From assembly GCA_022616055.1 (NCBI GenBank), contig JAKEFM010000086.1, forward strand, positions 74,183-138,182: DNA of 64,000 nucleotides. Reading direction: 5' to 3'. Of this stretch, positions 57,287 to 64,000 are shown piece by piece. This DNA comes from Planctomycetota bacterium (GTDB taxonomy: Bacteria; Planctomycetota; UBA1135; JAKEFM01). The position numbers and the translations under genes were made by a program. Position 1 is the first letter of the stretch, and each line of letters starts with the position of its first letter. The notes beneath the pieces were generated by a model. It had not been told where the DNA came from. It made no database searches and saw only the letters and a program-made list of their open reading frames with translations.

Positions 57287-58195
57287 TCACGGACCGGCTT
57301 CGGTCCCGTGCGGGGCGGAGGACTCCTCGACGGTGCAGGCGACGAGGCTCCGGTCGACGCCGACGGCGTCCGCGAGCTCGAAGAGGACGCGTCTCTCGGC
57401 CTCGGTGACCTGCCGGTCCGCCCGCACGATCAGGCAGAGGTCGCGGATCACCTGCGCACGGCGCAGCGGCGGGACGAGGCGCCGGACCGCCTCGATCCGA
57501 CTCGGCAGGTCCTCGCGGATGCGGGCCGGGTCGACCCGGGACGAGACCGATCCTGGGCCGAGGAGCCGCTCGAGGGCCTCGACCGCCGCCGCGGAGACCG
57601 TGCCCGAGGCCGCCGCGATCGCGATCCCCCCCGCGAAGAGGAGTCGCCGCATCGCCTCGGCCTCGTCGGAACGCTCCCGCAGGTAGCCCGGATCCATGAG
57701 GGTCATCAGGTCCTGGACGCGGGCCTCGAGATCGGCGCGGGAGAGGCCGCCCGGAGCGAGCCCGTCGGACCGCGCGAAGAGCTCGGCGGCCCGCAGGCGC
57801 AGCGGGTTGAAGGGATGCGACGCGAACCAGTCGCTGCGAAGCGGCTCGTCGCTCTCAAACGCCTCGAGGAGGCTCGAGGAGAGGATCACGAAGAGGCGTC
57901 CCGACTCGGGCCGGACCGACCCCGCGTTGAAGACGGGTCCCGGATAGACGTAAGTCTCGACCGGCATCTCCAGCCCGAGCGTCGTCCGGCACGTCTCGAC
58001 CGTCGCGTGGACGTCCGGGGCCGCCTCCGGAGTGAGTCGGAGCGCCGTCCCGAGGAGTTGGCGGCGCGCGCCCAGGTCCGTCGCCAGCTTCTCGAAGGAT
58101 TCGACCGCGGCGCGGATCCTCGGCTCGGCGAGGAGGCTCTCCGCGAGGTCCCGGTCTCCCTGGGAGATCAGGTCCGTTCGCCGCACGCCCCCCAT
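57287..58195 (-). CDS. M48-like N-terminal remnant fused to a TerB-like domain (no HExxH)
   Basis: 302 aa from ATG at 58195. VETYVYPGPVFNAGSV..RLFVILSSSLLEAFESDE resembles the segment just before the M48 zinc motif, yet the sequence then jumps straight to ASHPFNPLRLRAAEL. The C-terminal half, RDLCLIVRADRQVTEAERRVLFELADAVGVD, is TerB-like. Confidence 0.55.
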   Translation of the reverse strand: MGGVRRTDLISQGDRDLAESLLAEPRIRAAVESFEKLATDLGARRQLLGTALRLTPEAAPDVHATVETCRTTLGLEMPVETYVYPGPVFNAGSVRPESGRLFVILSSSLLEAFESDEPLRSDWFASHPFNPLRLRAAELFARSDGLAPGGLSRADLEARVQDLMTLMDPGYLRERSDEAEAMRRLLFAGGIAIAAASGTVSAAAVEALERLLGPGSVSSRVDPARIREDLPSRIEAVRRLVPPLRRAQVIRDLCLIVRADRQVTEAERRVLFELADAVGVDRSLVACTVEESSAPHGTEAGP

Positions 58196-58212
58196 GCTAC
58201 GGGACGGCGCCG

Positions 58213-60024
58213 TCAGCGCCCGGCCGGCTGCGAGGCGGGAGCGAGGCGCTCCCGCGCGAGCCCGATCTTGCGGCGGGCCTCGGCGCCGGAGCGGGAAGGG
58301 TCGAGGGCGATCGCCCCCTCGAAGGCGTGGATCGCCTCCTCGAATCTCCCCTCGAGGGCGAGCCGGTCCCCGAGCGCGAGCTGGATCCCCCCGTTGTTCG
58401 GCTCGAGAGCGCGCGCCGCGTGGATGGCGTCGAGGAACGCGTCGAAGGCCCGGAGCTCGAGATGGACCTCTGCGAGGGCGACCCAGGCGTCCGCCGTCGG
58501 GAGGAGCGCGAGCCGGCGCCGGAGGGTCGTCTCCGCGTCCGCGAATCGCTTCCGTCCGCGCTGGACCCGCGCGAGCTGGTCGAGGGCGGAGGGATCCTCG
58601 GGGGAGCGCTCCAGGATCCCGAGGAGGAGCGGCTCCGCCTCCTCGAACCTCTTCGCGTTGACGAGGCCGAGCGCGCGCATCAGGTCCTCGACGACCGGCA
58701 TCATCGCCTTGGGGTCGGGGCGGCGGGTCCCCGCCGGGGCGGAGGAAGGGGCCTGCGAGAAGTAGCCGAGCGCGGCGAGCCGGGCGCGCTCCTCGGGGGG
58801 GAGGGACCTTCCGGCGGCGGGCTGCGCGACGAGGGGCTCCTCCCTCATCCGGCGCGCGAGGTGGGACGCCAGGGCCTGCGCGGAGGGGGGAGCCTGGGGG
58901 AGGAGGTTCCGGGTCTCCCAGGGGTCCGACCGGAGGTCGTAGTACTCGGGGACCGGGGCCTCGATGAACTTGTCCCCCAGCCGCCGCAGCGCGTGGAGAG
59001 GGCTCCACCCGCAGGTGTGGAGGGGCGAGAAGGTCTCGAGGTAGAGCGGGCGATCCGGATCGCGGGGAGGGCGGGCGAGGCTCTCCCCGTCGAGGCCGCC
59101 CGGGACGGGGAGGCCGAGCAGGTCGAGGGCGGTCGGAAGGACGTCGATCCCCCCCGCCGCCCGGTCGTCGATCACCCGGCCTCGCCCGCGCGCCCCCGGG
59201 GGCACGAAGAGGAGGGGGACGCGCATCGTCGAGTCGTAGAGGAGCAGGGAGTGGGTCCGTTCGCCGTGCTCGCCCAGCCCTTCCCCGTGGTCGGACGTCA
59301 GGGCGAGGAAGGTCGACTCCCCGAGTCCGCGGCCCTCGAGGCCGCGGAGCAGCCGGCCCAGCTCGGAGTCGACGAAGGCGATCTCCCCGTCGTAGCGCTC
59401 CTCCGGCGTCGATCCGCCGAACGGTGGCGGCGGCTCGTAGGGCATGTGGGGGTCGAAGTAGTGGACCCACAGGAAGAACGGGCCCGTGCCGGTCCGTCCG
59501 TCGAGCCAGGCGAGCGCGGCGTCCGTCACCTGGACCGCGGGGCGCTGCGCGATCGCCTCGCCCGTCCCCGAGGTCGGGACCATCCGGTCGTCGTAGGCGC
59601 CGAAGCCCTGCGCCAGGCCGTAGCGGGCGTCGAGGACGAACGCCCCGACGACCGCGCCCGTCTCGTAGCCCGCTCCGGCGAGCACCTCCGCGAGGGTCAC
59701 CCGATCCTCCCCGAGCGCGAACAGTCCGTTGTCGCGCACCCCATGGTGGGAGGGATCGAGCCCGGTCAGGATCGTCGCGTGCGACGGGAGGGTGATCGGC
59801 GCCGAGGCGAGGGCCGTCTCGAAGCGCACGCCGCGGCCCGCCAGGTCGTCGAGGACGGGGGTGCGGGCGCGCGGGTGGCCCGAGAACCCGAGTCGGTCGG
59901 CGCGCAGGGTGTCGACCGTGACGAGGAGGAGGTTCGCGCCGCGGGCCGCCCCCGGCTCCCACCCGGGACCGCGCCGGGAGCAGGCGAGGATCGGAAGCAG
60001 GAGGAGAACGGAGCGCCGTCGCAT
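58213..60024 (-). CDS. sulfatase-like hydrolase/transferase lipoprotein with C-terminal TPR repeats
   Basis: 603 aa from MRRRSVLLLLPILAC, which has a lipobox. LLLVTVDTLRADRLG and APITLPSHATILTG. The Thr-x-P-S-His replaces the C/S-x-P-x-R formylglycine motif, so it is not a classical sulfatase. TPR-like C terminus. Confidence 0.8.
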   Translation of the reverse strand: MRRRSVLLLLPILACSRRGPGWEPGAARGANLLLVTVDTLRADRLGFSGHPRARTPVLDDLAGRGVRFETALASAPITLPSHATILTGLDPSHHGVRDNGLFALGEDRVTLAEVLAGAGYETGAVVGAFVLDARYGLAQGFGAYDDRMVPTSGTGEAIAQRPAVQVTDAALAWLDGRTGTGPFFLWVHYFDPHMPYEPPPPFGGSTPEERYDGEIAFVDSELGRLLRGLEGRGLGESTFLALTSDHGEGLGEHGERTHSLLLYDSTMRVPLLFVPPGARGRGRVIDDRAAGGIDVLPTALDLLGLPVPGGLDGESLARPPRDPDRPLYLETFSPLHTCGWSPLHALRRLGDKFIEAPVPEYYDLRSDPWETRNLLPQAPPSAQALASHLARRMREEPLVAQPAAGRSLPPEERARLAALGYFSQAPSSAPAGTRRPDPKAMMPVVEDLMRALGLVNAKRFEEAEPLLLGILERSPEDPSALDQLARVQRGRKRFADAETTLRRRLALLPTADAWVALAEVHLELRAFDAFLDAIHAARALEPNNGGIQLALGDRLALEGRFEEAIHAFEGAIALDPSRSGAEARRKIGLARERLAPASQPAGR

Positions 60025-60053
60025 GCTCCTCCGCGCGGGGCCGCCTCCCTCCT

Positions 60054-60899
60054 CTAAAGGAGGGGATCGGGTCGGGCCGTGACCTCGGGGTCGGAAGCGG
60101 ACTCGAAGCGCGTCCGCCGGGCGGGGCCCGCCGTCTCGATGCCGCGCCGGGAGGAGCGGATGAACTCGATCAGGTGCGCGATCTCGGGGGTCGAGCCGAT
60201 GTCCTCGAGGCGGCCGAGCGCCTCCGGGACGGTGAGGTTCGACCGGTAGAGGAGGCGGTAGGCGCGCCGGATCGCAAAGCGCCGCTCCGGGGTGAGGCCG
60301 GCCCGCCGAAGTCCGACCGTGTTCGGGCCGTAGACGCGGCAGGGGCGCTGCCCCGTGGCGAGGAGGAAGGGCGGGATGTCCCGCGTCACCGCCGAGAGGC
60401 CCCCGATCATCGCGAGGGTCCCGATCGTCGTGAACTGGTGGATGGCGACGTGGCCCGAGATCACGACGCGGTCCTCGACGGTGATGTGGCCGGCGAGAAG
60501 GATCGAGCTGCCGAGGATCGCCCCGTTGCCGATCACGCAGTCGTGGGCGACGTGGCACATCGCCATGAGGAGGTTGTCGTCTCCGATCCGCGTGGCGCTC
60601 CCCTCGCTCGAGCCGCGGTGGATCTGGCAGTACTCCCGGAAGACGTTCCGGTTCCCGATCTCGACGCGGCTCGGCTCTCCCCGGAACTTCTTGTCCTGCG
60701 GGATGTTCCCGAGGACCGCGCCGATGTGGACCTCGTTCGCCTTTCCGATCGACGTCCCTCGGCCGACGAAGACGTGCGCCTGGAGGCTCGTCCCGGAGCC
60801 GATCCTGGCCCCCGGCTCGATGACGCAGTAGGGCCCGACCTCGACGTCCGGCGCGATCTCGGCGCCCGGATGGACGATCGCCGTCGGGTGGATGGCCAC
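60054..60899 (-). CDS. lpxA: acyl-ACP--UDP-N-acetylglucosamine O-acyltransferase
   Basis: 281 aa from GTG at 60899. Hexapeptide repeats IHPTAIVHPGAEIAPDVEVGPYCVI... followed by the LpxA C-terminal helical domain (GLRRAGLTPERRFAIRRAYRLLY). Confidence 0.9.
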   Translation of the reverse strand: MAIHPTAIVHPGAEIAPDVEVGPYCVIEPGARIGSGTSLQAHVFVGRGTSIGKANEVHIGAVLGNIPQDKKFRGEPSRVEIGNRNVFREYCQIHRGSSEGSATRIGDDNLLMAMCHVAHDCVIGNGAILGSSILLAGHITVEDRVVISGHVAIHQFTTIGTLAMIGGLSAVTRDIPPFLLATGQRPCRVYGPNTVGLRRAGLTPERRFAIRRAYRLLYRSNLTVPEALGRLEDIGSTPEIAHLIEFIRSSRRGIETAGPARRTRFESASDPEVTARPDPLL

Positions 60900-61238
60900 G
60901 GCAAACTCCTTAACGGACCATCTTGTCAGGGGTTTCGGGCTCCGGTCAACCGCCGAGACGGGGCGGGTCCATCCGGGGGAGGGGAGCCGGCGATCCCCGG
61001 AAAGCTCGCGGCTTGCGCATCCAGTGGGAGGAGGCGTCGGGTCGGCCCCAGGCGCCGTCCCCTCCCCCCCCGCGGAGGCGTCCGTTCCGTCCGGCGGGAG
61101 GACGCCCTGGAAGAACACTCCTTGAGCGCTTATCCGGCAGAGACTTGGATCGGACGGTCCGCGCGCGGGGCCGGCTTGTTCTTGGACACGGGGGTCGAGT
61201 GGTGTAAAGGAGCCGCCGAAGAGCTTCCCAGGTAATTC

Positions 61239-61904
61239 GTGCCGGGTCGGAAAGAGACGGTCGGGAGGGGACCTCAGGACGCGCGCGTTCTCGGGCGCTT
61301 GACGGGCATGTTGGCCCGAGGTCTCGGCTCGAGCCCCCTCCTCGCGAAGGAGCGGGAGAACCTCAAGGCGGCAACGAACGCGCTCTTCCCCCCGATCGAG
61401 AAGGGAGTGCTCGAGGCGCTCCGGAAGAAGGGGTACTCCCCGAGCCCCCGCAGAAGCCTCGCGCCGGAGGGGATCCCGGAGACGATCACCTCCTTCTCCT
61501 CGCTGGGGTTCGACCTCACCGCCGCTCTCGGGCTCGAGCATCCCCCCTGGCAGGGGCTCGAGCTGGGCGTCTACCTCGGGTACGACGCCACCGGCTATCG
61601 CGACCGCCTCGTCTGGGGCGTGAGCGGGCAGGGGGACAAGGAGTGGGTCGAGCGCTGCGTGGAGCTCCTCCGGCCCCGCCGCCGCCCCGACGAGCCCTTC
61701 ATCCGCACGGGGGAACCGATGTACGCCGGCGGGGAGTTCGGCTGGTATGTCCTCTGGGCGTGGGACTGCACCCCGGAGGCGTTCGCGACGGCGAACGAGA
61801 CCGCGCTCTCCGAGGAGATTCGCGGGCGCCTGGAAGGCCTCGTGGGCCGTCTCCTCCGGACCCGGACCGGATCCGCCGCCGGACACACGCGCAAGCGGGC
61901 CTGA
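61239..61904 (+). CDS. hypothetical protein
   Basis: 221 aa with high GC3 throughout. No motif recognised. An alternative ATG start lies at 61308. Confidence 0.5.
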   Translation: MPGRKETVGRGPQDARVLGRLTGMLARGLGSSPLLAKERENLKAATNALFPPIEKGVLEALRKKGYSPSPRRSLAPEGIPETITSFSSLGFDLTAALGLEHPPWQGLELGVYLGYDATGYRDRLVWGVSGQGDKEWVERCVELLRPRRRPDEPFIRTGEPMYAGGEFGWYVLWAWDCTPEAFATANETALSEEIRGRLEGLVGRLLRTRTGSAAGHTRKRA

Positions 61905-61982
61905 GCCCTCGGTCGGTTCCCGCGCCGACCTCGCCCCCCGTATGATCCGCGTCCCGTATGATCCGCCCCCCAGGGCCGTCGG

Positions 61983-62807
61983 ATGGCGATCACGGAGACG
62001 CAGCGCGCGGAGATCCTCCGCCGGGTGGTCGGCGAGGTGGCCCGGCGCACCTTCCCGGCGGGAGGCGAGGGCTCCGGAAACGTCGCTCCGCCGCCGCCCG
62101 CGCCCCGCCCCGTCGTCCCGGCTCCGGGATGGACGTCCGCGCGGAGCCGTCCGCTGGTCACGGCCGACGTGCTGCGGGAGCTCGCGCCGGGTTCCACCTT
62201 CCGGTTCCCGGACGGAGCCGTCCTGACGCCCCTCGCCCGCGACCTCGCCTCGGACCGCAGGATCTCCCTCGTGCCCGAGGGCTCGGCTCCCGAGAAGGCG
62301 GCGCCGGCCCCTCCGCCGCCGGCCATTCCTCCCGGATCGCGGATCGCTCTCGGCGCGGACCACGCCGGCTTCCGGATGAAGGAGGGCCTTCGCGCCCACC
62401 TCGGAGGCCTCGGCTACTCCGTCCGCGACCTCGGCACGACCGGGGACGCGCCGGTCGACTATCCCGACTTCGCGCGCCCCGTCGCGGAGGCCGTCGCCCG
62501 GGGCGACTGCGCCGTCGGGATCCTCGTCGACGGGGCGGGCGTCGGCTCGGCGATCGCGGCGAACAAGGTCCCCGGCGTCCGGGCCGCGCCGTGCCCGGAC
62601 GTCGCCACGGCGCGCAACGCCCGCGAGCACAACTTCGCCAACGTCCTCTGCCTCCCGTCGCGGGGGATCGACGAGGCGCGGGCGAGGGAGATCCTCGCCG
62701 CCTTCCTCGGGACGGCGACGGGAGGGGAGCGGCACGCGCGCCGGGTCGCGAAGATCGCCGAGATCGAGCGGTCCTATCTCCGACCGTCGGCGGTCCGTCC
62801 GGGCTGA
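61983..62807 (+). CDS. rpiB: ribose-5-phosphate isomerase B (RpiB/LacAB) with a ~125 aa N-terminal extension
   Basis: The C-terminal ~145 aa read [32 protein letters not shown]...[27 protein letters not shown]...[12 protein letters not shown]. The N terminus has an amphipathic helix, a Pro-rich linker and a small extra segment. Confidence 0.85.
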   Translation: MAITETQRAEILRRVVGEVARRTFPAGGEGSGNVAPPPPAPRPVVPAPGWTSARSRPLVTADVLRELAPGSTFRFPDGAVLTPLARDLASDRRISLVPEGSAPEKAAPAPPPPAIPPGSRIALGADHAGFRMKEGLRAHLGGLGYSVRDLGTTGDAPVDYPDFARPVAEAVARGDCAVGILVDGAGVGSAIAANKVPGVRAAPCPDVATARNAREHNFANVLCLPSRGIDEARAREILAAFLGTATGGERHARRVAKIAEIERSYLRPSAVRPG

Positions 62808-62818
62808 GCGCCCCCTCC

Positions 62819-63724
62819 GTGGACTCCCTCACGCTCACCCGCGAAGAGTTCGAGCGCCTCGTCGCCGAGATCGCCCGGCTCTCAATGGAGGTCGCGCCGC
62901 AGGCGACCGACCCCCGCAGCACCTGCCAGTGCCGGACCTTCTGCACGCAGATGTGCCCCGACCGGCTCGGGAACATCCTCGCCCACGGAGCCGATCGGAT
63001 CGGGATGCACGTCGCCTTCCCCGGGACGGCGAAGGACCTGGCGCGATACATCGACCACACCCTCCTCAAGCCAGACGCCACGTACGAGGAGATCGACAAG
63101 CTCTGCGCCGAGGCGCGCCAGCACGGCTTCGCCTCCGTCTGCGTGAACCCCGTCCACGTCCGCCGCTGCGCGGAGGGGCTCCGGGGCTCTCCGGTCCTCG
63201 TCTGCGCCGTGGTCGGATTCCCCCTCGGCGCCACGCTCCCCGACGAGAAGGCCTACGAGGCGCGCCGCTGCCTCGCCGAAGGGGCGCGGGAGATCGACAT
63301 GGTGATCAACGTCGGGGCGCTGAAGTCGGGGGACGACGCCCTCGTGCGGCGCGACATCGAGGGGGTGGTCGCCGCCTGCCACGAGGCCGGGGCGGCGACG
63401 AAGGTGATCCTCGAGACCTGCCTCCTTTCCGAGGAGGAGAAGGTCCGCGCCTGCCGCCTCGCGAAGGAGGCGGGCGCGGACTTCGTGAAGACCTCGACCG
63501 GGTTCGCTTCCGGGGGCGCGACCCCGGAGGACGTCGAGCTGATGCGCCGCGTCGTCGGTCCGGGCGTCGGCGTGAAGGCGGCCGGAGGCGTGCGAGACTT
63601 CGAGACGGCGATGAAGATGATCCGTTCGGGGGCGACCCGGATCGGGGCGAGCGCCGGCGTGCGGATCGTCCGCGAGGCGAGCGGGGAGAAGGCCGCGCCC
63701 GCCCCCGCGACGCGCGGCTACTGA
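62819..63724 (+). CDS. deoC: deoxyribose-phosphate aldolase with a ~70 aa N-terminal extension
   Basis: GTG at 62819. [28 protein letters not shown] and the Schiff-base lysine in DFVKTSTGF. The extension carries [16 protein letters not shown] and [12 protein letters not shown]. Confidence 0.88.
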   Translation: MDSLTLTREEFERLVAEIARLSMEVAPQATDPRSTCQCRTFCTQMCPDRLGNILAHGADRIGMHVAFPGTAKDLARYIDHTLLKPDATYEEIDKLCAEARQHGFASVCVNPVHVRRCAEGLRGSPVLVCAVVGFPLGATLPDEKAYEARRCLAEGAREIDMVINVGALKSGDDALVRRDIEGVVAACHEAGAATKVILETCLLSEEEKVRACRLAKEAGADFVKTSTGFASGGATPEDVELMRRVVGPGVGVKAAGGVRDFETAMKMIRSGATRIGASAGVRIVREASGEKAAPAPATRGY

Positions 63725-63735
63725 GGGCGGGGCCG

Positions 63736-64000
63736 GTGAAGGCGGTCTCGGAGCGTGGGCCGGACGCGGCCGCGGAGGCCGCGACCCGGAGCCGCGACCT
63801 CTACTGGTACGGATCCCCGCGCTTCTCCGGATCGAGGGCGCGGCACCTGGCGGCGCTCTACGCCTTCGCGCGCATCGCCGACGACGCCGTCGACGAGACC
63901 CCGGACGCCGAGGAGGCCCTGCGCCGGCTCGACCACCTCGAGGAGGAGCTCGACCGCGCCTTCGGAGGTTCGCCTTCTCCTTCCTTCGCGCCCCTCGCGG
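63736..64000 (+). CDS. squalene/phytoene synthase family protein, N-terminal part (runs off the right edge)
   Basis: My translation from GTG at 63736 reads VKAVSERG...DLYWYGSPRFSGSRARHLAALYAFARIADDAVDETPDAEEALRRLDHLEEEL. The YxFxRxxDDxxD motif is typical of CrtB/HpnC/HpnD-type enzymes. Confidence 0.7.
   Translation, partial: MKAVSERGPDAAAEAATRSRDLYWYGSPRFSGSRARHLAALYAFARIADDAVDETPDAEEALRRLDHLEEELDRAFGGSPSPSFAPLA

Overview
High-GC (about 70% or more by eye) chromosomal segment of a diderm (LPS-making) bacterium. It is densely coded and covers the replication-origin neighbourhood. I found no rRNA, tRNA, CRISPR array, transposase or integrase. Because of the GC content, most of the very long ORFs in the track are R/P/G/A-rich shadow frames. 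Real genes were called from recognisable protein motifs, high third-position GC and operon logic.

Main content:
- Left end: fmt (partial), trxA, scpA, an S2P/M50 protease.
- LPS block: kdsD, a giant LptC/LptA-like protein, lptD. Then tatA.
- Origin cluster: dnaA-dnaN-DUF721-gyrB on the minus strand, with no recF and with DnaA-box-like repeats.
- A NifS-like desulfurase, parA, pyrF, hemW.
- A sigma-70 factor divergent from a protein carrying a C-terminal HPr phosphocarrier domain.
- parB, with an internal parS-like site, about 6 kb from parA in a lower-GC patch.
- An HNH nuclease and several secreted or lipoprotein unknowns.
- DUF374, DUF72, rnhC and a beta-CASP RNase; an acyl-CoA dehydrogenase; dapF; lemA with two M48 peptidases.
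- A small toxin-antitoxin islet: hicBA plus an orphan MNT nucleotidyltransferase.
- A DAACS transporter, a NUDIX hydrolase, hflX.
- A lower-GC block with three tandem carboxypeptidase-regulatory-like paralogues.
- A nucleoside catabolism operon (deoB, deoA, nupC, punA).
- lpxA, a sulfatase-like TPR protein and a TerB protein.
- rpiB and deoC, both with unusual N-terminal extensions, and the start of a squalene/phytoene synthase.

Most notable observations:
- Two neighbouring genes carry in-frame TGA codons. One TGA aligns exactly with a conserved Cys of its paralogues and is followed by a hairpin.
- The HPr-fusion gene sits divergent from the sigma factor.
- RpiB and DeoC carry N-terminal helices that look like encapsulation peptides.
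- CTGA-type stop/start overlaps imply CTG initiation.

All functional calls come from my own reading of the translations. No database search was run.
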